Shown here in pieces: positions 1 through 8,579 of a stretch of 19,104 nt of DNA; position 1 is the stretch's first letter, and the number at the start of each line of letters is the position of its first letter. Source of the DNA: Campylobacterota bacterium (GTDB taxonomy: Bacteria > Campylobacterota > Campylobacteria > Campylobacterales > Sulfurovaceae); contig JAYEOM010000036.1 in the NCBI GenBank assembly GCA_034722955.1, forward strand, positions 1 through 19,104, read 5' to 3'. Made by a program: the position numbers and the translations under genes. The notes under the pieces were generated by a model. It searched no databases and had not been told where the DNA came from. It worked only from the letters and a program-made list of their open reading frames with translations.

Positions 1-209
<209 letters not shown>

Positions 210-280
210 TTATCTCTTATAGTGCCTACCTTCACTGAAATGCCTTAGACAAAAACTACTAAAGCATAAGCATAAACGCT

Positions 281-289
281 ATTTTAACA
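281..289 (-). promoter_or_regulatory. Putative extended -10 promoter (TGtTAAAAT) for pseB
   Basis: Reverse complement of 281-289 is TGTTAAAAT, in an AT-rich intergenic region about 95 nt upstream of the pseB start. Confidence 0.4.
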
Positions 290-404
290 GTTCTACTACA
301 TAATCTAAGTTAAATCAATAAAACAAAAAAATCATTTATATATAAATATAGATAACCATAACACTACTAAACTGAATAGAACCTATAACTATTAAAATAT
401 CAAA

Positions 405-836
405 TCACCTCAATAGCTTCTCATCCATATCTACTTTTAGTGCACGAAGAGAGTTGATGACATCCATCAGCAAAGCTCCTATAGCAATAGCGATCCCTAC
501 TATAGAAACGACCAAGAGAAGGGAGCCTGCAAGATGATAAACCCCTTTATCAAAAGCCTCTAACAGTGTAAAGATCAAGAGAAAACTGCTAGAGAGTATA
601 CTTATACAGAGTGAGATCATTGATGTGCGAAGTATATGAGCTCTCAACATCATGATCCTGATCTCATCAAGGAGCATAGAGTGTTTAGTACCTTTACATT
701 TATCCAAATCCAAAGATAATCCTCTAACCCTGTCAATAACATGTGTGATACGATTGCTTATCACCAATAGCAGTATTCCAATCCCTGATATCAGTATAAG
801 TGGCGGTGTAGTATTTGCCAATATTTGAGTTAGCAT
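405..836 (-). CDS. DUF2721-family small membrane protein
   Basis: PPLILISGIGILLLVISNRITHVIDRVR N-terminal pattern, central charged helix ending in R-A-x-I-L-R, then two C-terminal TM helices. Confidence 0.75.
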   Translation of the reverse strand: MLTQILANTTPPLILISGIGILLLVISNRITHVIDRVRGLSLDLDKCKGTKHSMLLDEIRIMMLRAHILRTSMISLCISILSSSFLLIFTLLEAFDKGVYHLAGSLLLVVSIVGIAIAIGALLMDVINSLRALKVDMDEKLLR

Positions 837-852
837 TCAGAACCCTTTTTTA

Positions 853-900
853 TTACAGTTCCCCAGTTTGGGCGGAATGGATTTTATGTTTACGAATCAT
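853..900 (-). CDS. Possible 15-aa small ORF (MIRKHKIHSAQTGEL)
   Basis: ATG at 900 preceded by a purine-rich SD-like AGGAGAGGG; stop TAA at 853-855; no homology recognised. Confidence 0.25.
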   Translation of the reverse strand: MIRKHKIHSAQTGEL

Positions 901-930
901 TTCACCCTCTCCTAATTCCCAAAACAAGAG

Positions 931-1602
931 TCATCCAGCACCCAAATCCTCTACATACCTAGAGTTTGGTTTTATCTCATCAATAGAGATACCCAACTGC
1001 TCAGAGCTAATCTCAATAATCTTTTTTAAAACTTTCTCCTTTGAGCTGTATATGTCAGATATTACATTGTCATCTATGTATTTAAGCAGGGAAGAGAGCT
1101 TTTTATATCTTCTAGGAACTTCTTTTCCTATAAGTTTTGATAGCAAAAGAAACAATACGAAATAGCTTATAAAAGGAACAAAAATAGTATCAATTATATC
1201 TTTCTTGTAATAATAAAAAATAGCACTTATAGCTATTGTGGGATATAAAAGCATTAAACTCTCTTTTTTGCTTAGCATTAAACTAGTAGGATAAATTTTA
1301 TTGTCAAGTAAATCTTGTAGTCTTTTCCATTTATGTCGAATATCATCACCTAATAACTCTTCCAGGTTAGCATCAGGCACAAGTTCTTCTCTTCTGTTGC
1401 CAAAGTTATCCATAAAAAGTTTTCTAAGTTTATAAAAAGCCACTTGTGAAACACACTTGCTATCACTATCTCTTTTGAATTTATTGAAAATATATGTAGC
1501 CAAATCATCAGGCGTAGCTAAACACTCCATATCTTTATCAGGCAGATATATATCAAACTCATCCTCAACCTCCAGCACCAACTCTACCAATTCAAGTCCC
1601 AT
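931..1602 (-). CDS. Membrane protein with circularly permuted acyl-carrier-protein-like domain
   Basis: N-terminus MGLELVELVLEVEDEFDIYLPDKDMECLATPDDLATYI matches ACP helices II-IV; C-terminus KEKVLKKIIEISSEQLGISIDEIKPNSRYVEDLGAG matches ACP helix I and loop I; two hydrophobic segments in the middle; GAGGGGAG SD. Confidence 0.75.
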   Translation of the reverse strand: MGLELVELVLEVEDEFDIYLPDKDMECLATPDDLATYIFNKFKRDSDSKCVSQVAFYKLRKLFMDNFGNRREELVPDANLEELLGDDIRHKWKRLQDLLDNKIYPTSLMLSKKESLMLLYPTIAISAIFYYYKKDIIDTIFVPFISYFVLFLLLSKLIGKEVPRRYKKLSSLLKYIDDNVISDIYSSKEKVLKKIIEISSEQLGISIDEIKPNSRYVEDLGAG

Positions 1603-1828
1603 CTTGATCTCCCCTCATCAAACTCTCAATAAAACCTGCCTTATAAAACATCCGCAGAGGTTTTTTCTATTTTTCTAAAATGATAGACACTCAGAACGCA
1701 AGGTAAACTTTGGGGTCAGCCGCTACATATCAAGCATTTCTCTTATAATCAAAATATTATAGCTAACATTCAAAACCTCCAAATATTATCCTTTTCATAT
1801 ATGTATTATTTGTTATATGAAAACAAAC

Positions 1829-2491
1829 TTAAACCAGCAACCCCTCATCCGAAAAAGAGTAAAACCCATTTTTAGATAAAATGACATGATCGAGTAGCTC
1901 TATGCCTACTAGCTTGGATACCTCTTTGAGTCTCTGAGTTATCTGTATGTCTGCTCTACTTGCTGCGAGTGTTCCACTAGGATGGTTATGGGCGATGATG
2001 ATACCTGCTGCTCTGTCTGCTATGGCATCGGCAAATACCTCTCTAGGGTGTACTAAGCTCTGGTTTAGAGTGCCTATAAAAACTGTACGAGTATTGATGA
2101 TGTGTGAAGCACCATCGAGAGTAATAGTCAGAAAATACTCTTGTGTTTTTGCAGTAAAAGATTTGAGCTCCTCAAATACATCTTCTGCAGAGGTGATGCG
2201 TCTGTTATTTTGAATAAGGTAGCGTTTGCTGAGCTCTATAGATGCTAATATCTGAGACGCTTTAGCTAAACCCAAACCATGAATATCACAAAGTTTATCT
2301 AGGTTGACAGCATCAAAATCACTATCGAGTAGTGTTATTATCTCTTTAGAGAGTTTACGCACATCATTGCCCCGTACACCAGAGCCAAGAAGCACGCTCA
2401 TAAGCTCCTCATTTTTAAGAGCTTCCGCACCTTTTTTGGCTAATTTTTCTCTAGGTTTATCATGACTATGCAACGCTTTAATACTTTTCAT
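1829..2491 (-). CDS. radC: RadC/UPF0758 family JAB-domain protein
   Basis: KPREKL...GAEAL..EEL N-terminus, HhH motif (IHGLGLAKA), VHPREVF and AHNHPSG...S.AD...T...ELLDHVI JAB motifs. Confidence 0.95.
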   Translation of the reverse strand: MKSIKALHSHDKPREKLAKKGAEALKNEELMSVLLGSGVRGNDVRKLSKEIITLLDSDFDAVNLDKLCDIHGLGLAKASQILASIELSKRYLIQNNRRITSAEDVFEELKSFTAKTQEYFLTITLDGASHIINTRTVFIGTLNQSLVHPREVFADAIADRAAGIIIAHNHPSGTLAASRADIQITQRLKEVSKLVGIELLDHVILSKNGFYSFSDEGLLV

Positions 2492-2671
2492 ACAGTACCT
2501 TTCTGCTCCTAGTTTTACTCTATATCTATTACTACATAAGAGTTTGGTACATCCATTAGAGTTTCAACTTTACCTATGATGGCTATGCAAGTATGCATTA
2601 TGATGTAGATCGTCGTAATGAAAAAGGATATCTCTGCACCCTGCAATTTACTCTTAGCCTAATCAAATCTC

Positions 2672-2680
2672 TGCTACAAT
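2672..2680 (+). promoter_or_regulatory. Putative extended -10 promoter (TGcTACAAT) for the HerA-like ATPase
   Basis: TGCTACAAT about 28 nt upstream of the ATG at 2709, followed by an AAGG SD. Confidence 0.55.
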
Positions 2681-2708
2681 AATAGCATATTAATCAAAAA
2701 GGTTCTGT

Positions 2709-5060
2709 ATGAGTGGGGAGATCTATGAAAAGCTTGGCTTGTTCTATATGGGGAGAGATGTTGAGAGGGAGGGTATGGCTCCTACGGATGCACTGACCCT
2801 GCTAAAAAATAAAAATTTTACTACACATGCAGCGATCATAGGTATGACCGGAAGTGGTAAAACAGGTCTTGGCATTGGTCTCATAGAGGAGGCTGCCATC
2901 GATAATATCCCCTCTATTGTGATAGATCCCAAAGGAGATATGGGAGATCTGTGCTTGACTGATCCATCTTTCTTGGCTACTAGTTTTGAGCCTTGGGTCA
3001 AAGATGAAGCGAGAGCCAAAGGCAGAGAGCCAAATCTATATGCCCAGCAGATAGCAACAGAGTGGAGAGAGGGTATAGAGAGCTGGGGGCAGGATATATC
3101 TCGTGTCCAAAAGTTTAATAGTGTCAAAAAGACTATCTATACGCCTGGCAGCAGTGCCGGTATCAGTATCAATATCATGGCTTCACTAGAGGCACCGCCT
3201 AACGAGATCATGAACGATAGTGACACTCTGTCATCTTTTCTGAAGTCCACAGTCACCAGTCTTCTCTCTCTCGTCGGCATAGAGGCGAACCCTATCGACT
3301 CCAAAGAGTATATCCTCTTAGCACAGATCATCTTGGAAAATTGGACTGATGGTCATAGCATCAGTATAGAGAGGCTCATAGGGAGCATTATCAATCCGCC
3401 ATTCAAAAAAGTAGGTGTTCTCCCCCTAGATAGCTACTATCCTCAGAGTGAACGATTTAAATTTGCGACAAGACTCAATGCACTTATCGCTTCTCCAAGT
3501 TTCAGCTCTTGGCTGCAAGGGGTAGATCTCGATATACAAAGACTCCTGTATGATGAGGATGGCAGAGCAAGGATCGCTATATTTTCGATAGCACATCTCA
3601 ATGACAACGAACGGATGTTTTTTGTGACACTGCTGCTCAACAGATATATCGCTTGGATGCGTCAGCAGAGTGGCACATCAGCACTCAAGACACTACTCTA
3701 TATGGATGAGATATATGGCTATTTCCCTCCGACCAAAAATCCTCCATCCAAAGAGCCGATGCTCCTCCTCCTAAAGCAAGCTAGAGCATATGGAGTAGGT
3801 GTTGTACTGAGTACTCAAAATCCTGTTGATCTCGACTACAAGGGTCTCTCAAATATAGGTACATGGTTTATTGGTCGTCTTCAAACTACTCAAGATATAG
3901 ATAGAGTTATAGATGGTCTAGGAGGCAAGGTGGGATCAGGTTTTGATAGAGGAGATATCAAGCAGATACTATCAAGTATGCCAAAACGCACATTTTTCCT
4001 AAAAAGTGCTCACCTTGATGATATACGACTCTTCTCTACCCGCTGGGTTCTAAGCTACCTCAAGGGACCACTGAAGAGAGGAGATATCTCTATATTGATG
4101 GAGAGCCAAAAAGAGAGTGCAAAATCAAAAGATACTCCCAAAGATACTATATCAAGAGAGGATCAATCACTATATGATAACTACAATACCATAGATAGCT
4201 CAATACCACAATATTATGAAGTTGATGCTCGCGGAGAGAACTGTTTCTCTCCCACTCTGAGAGCATACACAAAAGTTGGTTTTTACAGCCAAAGCAGAGG
4301 TATAGATGAGAAAGAGGAGAGTACTCTTATGCTTGTGGTAGACCCTTTAGATATAGATCTCGACTGGAAGAGTGCAGAGCCTAGCGAAGATCACTTTGAT
4401 CGTCTGCCTAGAGAAGCTCCCAAAGGTGCCAAATATACTAAACTCCCTGATTTTATATACAGAGACAGAGGATTGAAGAGAGCAGTCAAGAGTCTCTCCG
4501 ATATGCTCTATAGAGATAAAAAACTGGAACTCTATCGCTGCAGATCACCCAAACTAGAGTCAAAACCACATGAGATATTGGGTGACTTCAAAGTGCGGCT
4601 TCAAGATCTGCTAAATAGTGAAAAAGAGGAAGATATTGAGGCTCTCAAGGAGAGATATGGGAAAAAGGAGAGTCTGCTTATCGATAGATTGCAGCGAGCT
4701 ATGGATCGTGTAGAGAAAGAGCAGTCAGATGTAAGCAGCAAGATGACAGACACAGCTATAACTGCGGGGATGGCTATACTAGGTGCACTTTTCGGGAGAA
4801 AAAGCTCTGCAAAAATAGGCTCGACACTAACCAAAGGATCACGCATTCTCAAAGAGAAAGGAGATGTGACTAGAGCAGAAGAGAAGGCTCAAGCCGTTCA
4901 GACTAAGATCGATGATCTTGGAGAAGAACTTGAAGAGAGAGTAGATCAACTTATGGATCGTTACTCTATCGACAACTGCACTATAGAGAGCTTCTCCATC
5001 AAGCCAAGAAGAGCTGATGTAGTTATAGATGATATAGGTTTAGTCTGGACTGCAAATTGA
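2709..5060 (+). CDS. HerA/FtsK-superfamily P-loop ATPase (DUF87/COG0433-like) with C-terminal coiled coil
   Basis: Walker A HAAIIGMTGSGKT, IDPKGD, Walker B LLYMDE, arginine finger QARAYG, STQNP motif; charged helical C-terminus. Confidence 0.85.
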   Translation: MSGEIYEKLGLFYMGRDVEREGMAPTDALTLLKNKNFTTHAAIIGMTGSGKTGLGIGLIEEAAIDNIPSIVIDPKGDMGDLCLTDPSFLATSFEPWVKDEARAKGREPNLYAQQIATEWREGIESWGQDISRVQKFNSVKKTIYTPGSSAGISINIMASLEAPPNEIMNDSDTLSSFLKSTVTSLLSLVGIEANPIDSKEYILLAQIILENWTDGHSISIERLIGSIINPPFKKVGVLPLDSYYPQSERFKFATRLNALIASPSFSSWLQGVDLDIQRLLYDEDGRARIAIFSIAHLNDNERMFFVTLLLNRYIAWMRQQSGTSALKTLLYMDEIYGYFPPTKNPPSKEPMLLLLKQARAYGVGVVLSTQNPVDLDYKGLSNIGTWFIGRLQTTQDIDRVIDGLGGKVGSGFDRGDIKQILSSMPKRTFFLKSAHLDDIRLFSTRWVLSYLKGPLKRGDISILMESQKESAKSKDTPKDTISREDQSLYDNYNTIDSSIPQYYEVDARGENCFSPTLRAYTKVGFYSQSRGIDEKEESTLMLVVDPLDIDLDWKSAEPSEDHFDRLPREAPKGAKYTKLPDFIYRDRGLKRAVKSLSDMLYRDKKLELYRCRSPKLESKPHEILGDFKVRLQDLLNSEKEEDIEALKERYGKKESLLIDRLQRAMDRVEKEQSDVSSKMTDTAITAGMAILGALFGRKSSAKIGSTLTKGSRILKEKGDVTRAEEKAQAVQTKIDDLGEELEERVDQLMDRYSIDNCTIESFSIKPRRADVVIDDIGLVWTAN

Positions 5061-5086
5061 CTATATTTCGGGCTTAAGGTTACCCC

Positions 5087-5199
5087 CAATGCCAATGAAT
5101 TAAGCAAATCATAGAGTCCGATAGGAGCTGAGGCTTTAGCCTCAGACATTAGGTGGAGTCAAAGCAGCACTTCAAAAAATCCTTATTTCATTGGCATTA
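5087..5199. mobile_element. 113-bp MITE-like element with IS4-type terminal inverted repeats
   Basis: Left end CAATGCCAATGAATTAAG (5087-5104) vs reverse complement of right end TAATGCCAATGAAATAAG (5182-5199), 16/18 identical. Imperfect 10-bp flanking direct repeats AGGTTACCCC (5077-5086) and AGGCTACCCT (5200-5209). No transposase. Confidence 0.6.
5128..5145. repeat. REP-like palindrome CTGAGGC-TTTA-GCCTCAG
   Basis: Perfect 7-bp stem with 4-nt loop inside the MITE, between the convergent ATPase and pyrE genes. Confidence 0.7.
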
Positions 5200-5214
5200 A
5201 GGCTACCCTAATGA

Positions 5215-5820
5215 CTAGTCTCTGCTTCCTGGCTTGATCGCTTGGCTACCCTCTGCACAGAGTGGGCAGCTCTCAGGGGAGTACATAGCAAACTCGAAAT
5301 CTTCCAATGCAAAAAAAGCTGCATCTTTAGGCAGTTTGCACTCTGCTTTTGCCTCTATATCACTCCCCTCTCTCTGGCAAAAACCGCGATTTGCCAGTGC
5401 TGCGAAAGCGACAACTTCAGCACCAAGCTCTTCGATGACCGATGCAGCTTCCATAGCAGAGCCTCCAGTAGTGATGATATCTTCACAGATGATAATCTTT
5501 TCACCTCTGCTAACTTCAAAACCGCGACGAAGCTCCATACTACCCTCTTTGCGTTCGACAAAGATACTTCTAGTACCTAGAGATCTCGCTAGCTCATACC
5601 CAGCCAACAGACCACCCATAGCAGGAGCACAGACCGTATCTATCTCTATGCCGCTCTCTTGGATCATCTTAGCTAGTTCATTTGACAAAAGCTCTGCTCT
5701 TTTAGGATCCTCTAGTACCTTCGCACTCTGTAGATATCTGTTTGAGTGATTGCCGCTACTGAGTATGAAGTGACCCTCGAGCAGTGCACCGGACTCTCTG
5801 TATTTCTCTTCTACATTCAT
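5215..5820 (-). CDS. pyrE: Orotate phosphoribosyltransferase
   Basis: [24 protein letters not shown]-binding [15 protein letters not shown]-terminal CPLC...KPGSR; directly downstream of frr. Confidence 0.97.
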   Translation of the reverse strand: MNVEEKYRESGALLEGHFILSSGNHSNRYLQSAKVLEDPKRAELLSNELAKMIQESGIEIDTVCAPAMGGLLAGYELARSLGTRSIFVERKEGSMELRRGFEVSRGEKIIICEDIITTGGSAMEAASVIEELGAEVVAFAALANRGFCQREGSDIEAKAECKLPKDAAFFALEDFEFAMYSPESCPLCAEGSQAIKPGSRD

Positions 5821-5823
5821 AAC

Positions 5824-6381
5824 TTATACTTTCAGTATATCTGCTTCTTTTGTTTTGAGCGTATCATCTATCTTTGCGATATACTCATCTGTTATCTTCT
5901 GTACCCTATCAAGACCTTTTTTCATCTCATCTTCACTGATCTCTTTATCTTTCTCTAGCTTCTTGACATGATCGTTGCCATCTTTGCGGATATTGCGAAC
6001 GGCTACCTTGCTCTTTTCGCTCATTACTTTGGCCTGCTTGACGATCTCGTGTCTCTGATCTACCGTCATAGGAGGGAAAAATAGCTTGATAAAGTCACCG
6101 TCATTGTTGGGGTTTACACCTATGTTGGCCTCTTGGATCGCTTTTTCTATAGTAGAAAGCAGTGATTTTTCCCAAGGAGTGATAGAGATAGTCGTAGCAT
6201 CCATAGCGATGACATTTCCTACTTGATTGAGTGCTGTAGGTGTACCGTAGTAGTCAACTTTGATATTATCGACGATTGTAGTGGTCACTTTACCGGTTCT
6301 TAGCGTAGAAAAATCACGCTTCATCGCATCAACACTCTTCTCCATATGCTCTTGGGTATTATCATAAATTTCATTTAACAT
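5824..6381 (-). CDS. frr: Ribosome recycling factor
   Basis: [45 protein letters not shown] motifs; 185 aa. Confidence 0.98.
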   Translation of the reverse strand: MLNEIYDNTQEHMEKSVDAMKRDFSTLRTGKVTTTIVDNIKVDYYGTPTALNQVGNVIAMDATTISITPWEKSLLSTIEKAIQEANIGVNPNNDGDFIKLFFPPMTVDQRHEIVKQAKVMSEKSKVAVRNIRKDGNDHVKKLEKDKEISEDEMKKGLDRVQKITDEYIAKIDDTLKTKEADILKV

Positions 6382-6412
6382 GCTCTTTCTCCTTGGGGTT
6401 ATGATTTTGGTT

Positions 6413-6429
6413 TGCCCCGATAGGGGGCA
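6413..6429. other. GC-rich hairpin between secG and frr (TGCCCC-GATAG-GGGGCA)
   Basis: 6-bp stem; no U-tract follows on the minus (coding) strand, so more likely an mRNA stability or processing element than a terminator. Confidence 0.45.
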
Positions 6430-6436
6430 TTCTGCT

Positions 6437-6904
6437 TTAGTGGGTTGCCGGCTTAGGAGCTTCTGTGCTCTCTGTTTTGGTATCTACTGCCGGGGCTTGG
6501 GGGACTGCCGATGTTGTTTCTGGGACTGCCGATGTTGTTTCTGGGACTGACGATGTTGTTTCTGGAACTGTCGGGGTTGTCACAGCTGGTGCCGAAGGTG
6601 CTATCGGTGCTACAGCTGTCGGTGTCTCTGCCGAAACAGGCACGGCTGACTTAACTGTATCGACAACTGATTTGTTATTCTCTTTGGTATATAGATAACC
6701 CAATGCCAGTGTATTGAGTACAAATAGAAGGGCAAGTATAAAGGTTGCTTTTGCCAGAATACCCATCGGTCCTTTGGCTCCAAACATAGATTCGTTACTC
6801 CCACTATAGGCACCTAGACCAATACTGGAACTTTTCTGCAGTAGTACGGCGACTGTGATAGCAAGTGCTAGAACAATCTGCACGATTAGTAGTGTTGATG
6901 TCAT
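6437..6904 (-). CDS. secG: Preprotein translocase subunit SecG with extended Pro/Thr/Ala-rich tail (155 aa)
   Basis: Start reassigned to ATG at 6904 (GAGGAA SD). [27 protein letters not shown]...LAKATF is the Campylobacterota SecG signature; two TM helices; upstream of frr. Confidence 0.93.
   Translation of the reverse strand: MTSTLLIVQIVLALAITVAVLLQKSSSIGLGAYSGSNESMFGAKGPMGILAKATFILALLFVLNTLALGYLYTKENNKSVVDTVKSAVPVSAETPTAVAPIAPSAPAVTTPTVPETTSSVPETTSAVPETTSAVPQAPAVDTKTESTEAPKPATH
6501..6570. repeat. 21-bp tandem repeat, about 3.3 copies, encoding VPETTS(A/S) in the SecG tail
   Basis: GGGACTGCCGATGTTGTTTCT at 6501-6521 and 6522-6542, GGGACTGACGATGTTGTTTCT at 6543-6563, partial GGAACTG at 6564-6570. 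Confidence 0.95.
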
Positions 6905-6951
6905 TGATTCCTCTTTAAAATTAGGTCTATAGAGAGTTACTCCTAACCTAA

Positions 6952-6982
6952 TTTGGGTATAATTTTGTGGATTATACCCAAA
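6952..6982. promoter_or_regulatory. Perfect 12-bp inverted repeat with TATAAT in each arm; putative bidirectional secG/bioC promoter
   Basis: TTTGGGTATAAT (6952-6963), 7-nt spacer, ATTATACCCAAA (6971-6982), between the divergent starts at 6904 and 7007. Confidence 0.65.
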
Positions 6983-7006
6983 AAAATATGAAAATGAGTT
7001 AAATGA

Positions 7007-7723
7007 ATGACGAGGGTTTCCCAAGAATTTTCCAGATTTGCCAGTAGCTATAACCAAAACAACACTGTTCAAGCAGAGGTAGCCAAGAAGCTTGTATCTA
7101 TGCTGCCTAAAAAAGCCTACCCTAGTATACTTGATTTAGGGTGTGGCAGAGGAGAGATATACCAAAATCTCATCGATCAAAAGATAGACTATGCCCACTT
7201 GACAGCAGTAGATATCTCCAAGGAGATGCTTTGGCTACACCCTAAAGAGGATAGAGTTACACTGCTAAATGAGGACTTCAATAGCCAACAGATGGCAGAT
7301 AAACTTTCACGCAAGAGCTATGACCTTCTCCTCTCCTCATCTGCACTACAGTGGAGCCAAGATTTGGATACTACACTATCTATGTTTGCACCCATCTCAT
7401 CAAACTTCTATAGTGCTATTTTTACTGCTGGGACATTTCGGTCGCTGCATAAGTGTGCAGGTATCACCTCTCCCATATATAATGAAACCGTACTCAAAGA
7501 GAAAATAGACAAATATTATGATGTCGAATATGAAACTGTTCGATACACTCTTCACTTTGAAAACATCTATGATATGTTGCGTTACATCAAAGAGAGTGGT
7601 ACTAGTGGTGGTGAACGAAGATTGAGTTATAGAGAGACAAAACATCTGATTAGGAGTTACCCTTATGACTATTTGGAGTTCGAAGTCCTCTTTGTGCATC
7701 CAAAAAGTGAAAATATCTTATAA
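7007..7723 (+). CDS. bioC: SAM-dependent methyltransferase, BioC-like (malonyl-ACP O-methyltransferase)
   Basis: FSRFASSY....VQ.EVA..L N-terminus, ILDLGCGRG motif I, VDISKEML, DLLLSSSALQW; neighbour of secG as in other Campylobacterota. Confidence 0.75.
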   Translation: MTRVSQEFSRFASSYNQNNTVQAEVAKKLVSMLPKKAYPSILDLGCGRGEIYQNLIDQKIDYAHLTAVDISKEMLWLHPKEDRVTLLNEDFNSQQMADKLSRKSYDLLLSSSALQWSQDLDTTLSMFAPISSNFYSAIFTAGTFRSLHKCAGITSPIYNETVLKEKIDKYYDVEYETVRYTLHFENIYDMLRYIKESGTSGGERRLSYRETKHLIRSYPYDYLEFEVLFVHPKSENIL

Positions 7724-7726
7724 GTA

Positions 7727-7735
7727 TGCTATACT
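7727..7735 (+). promoter_or_regulatory. Putative extended -10 promoter (TGcTATACT)
   Basis: TGCTATACT about 31 nt upstream of the ATG at 7767. Confidence 0.5.
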
Positions 7736-7766
7736 ATTTAAAATAATACAAAATAAGGTTTATGTT

Positions 7767-8567
7767 ATGAATTGGTATCAAAAATTACTAATCACTCTCT
7801 CTGTTATGTTACTCTTGACTCCTGCAAGTTATGCAGAGCATATATGGGTAGGACTCTACGCCAAAGGCACAGATATGGCAGCACAGTCGATCGTAAGCAG
7901 AGAGTATCTGCCCGATATGGGTGATGCTATAGAGACAGAATGGAAGAAAGGTTTTTATCTTGTTGACTTGGAGCAGGGTGGTCGCACTTGGATGGGTATC
8001 TTTGCCAAGGGTACAGGATATACCGCCCAATCTTATCTGCATAGTAGCAATTGGAACAAATTTGCCGAAAGCATCGACAAGAAGAAGAGCGAGGGCTATG
8101 ACCTCATAGATGTCGAGTATGGCGATGCAGAGTGGGTTGGTGTATTTGCCAAAGGGACAGGGTATAAAGATCAAGTCTATACTGCCGATCGAGAGTGGAA
8201 AGATTTCCAAAAAACACTAAAAGAGTATTGGGGCAAGGGATATGCTCTGACTGAAGTTGAAGCAGGCGGTGGCAAATGGGTAGGTGTTTTTGCTAAAAAT
8301 ACAAAACTTAAAGATCAGAGCTACATCAGCTTGGATGAGTGGAGTGCTGTTCGTCAAGTGATCCGTGAACAGTGGGACAATGGTCATCAAATCACCAAAC
8401 TTGAGTATGGAGAGGGGCGTTGGTTTGTACTCTTTACCAAAGATGTTTTATGGCAAGAGCAGGCTTATAGCAGCAACTACGGATGGGAACGGTTTAGAGC
8501 CAAACTCAAAAGCTACTGGAGAGAGAACTATGATATCATCTCTATATCTAGCGGATGGAACGACTAA
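7767..8567 (+). CDS. Secreted protein with five ~48-aa tandem repeats (DUF7477/BTRD1-like)
   Basis: Start reassigned to ATG at 7767 (AAGG SD). Signal peptide ending ASYA, then five repeats of W-x-G-V-F-A-K-G-T-G-Y-x-x-Q-S-Y...W...W-x-x-G-Y-x-L-x-x-V-E-x-G. Confidence 0.8.
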   Translation: MNWYQKLLITLSVMLLLTPASYAEHIWVGLYAKGTDMAAQSIVSREYLPDMGDAIETEWKKGFYLVDLEQGGRTWMGIFAKGTGYTAQSYLHSSNWNKFAESIDKKKSEGYDLIDVEYGDAEWVGVFAKGTGYKDQVYTADREWKDFQKTLKEYWGKGYALTEVEAGGGKWVGVFAKNTKLKDQSYISLDEWSAVRQVIREQWDNGHQITKLEYGEGRWFVLFTKDVLWQEQAYSSNYGWERFRAKLKSYWRENYDIISISSGWND

Positions 8568-8579
8568 AGCAGGCTTAAG

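Noticed and set aside
1631..1730. Imperfect hairpin (AAAACCT...AGGTTTT) and a GGGGTCAGCCGC motif upstream of the ACP-like gene as a riboswitch or transposon end
   Set aside because: No riboswitch consensus recognised and the motif occurs once in the window; it would need Rfam and genome-wide searches.
1829..2491. radC as a marker of a mobile element
   Set aside because: It is the full-length form with the N-terminal HhH region typical of chromosomal copies, with no mobility genes nearby.
6905..7072. N-terminal extension of SecG in the ORF track, and similar extensions at 7665, 8947, 9985 and 13668
   Set aside because: The extensions overlap neighbouring genes or promoters, while downstream starts have SD sequences and match family N-termini or signal peptides.
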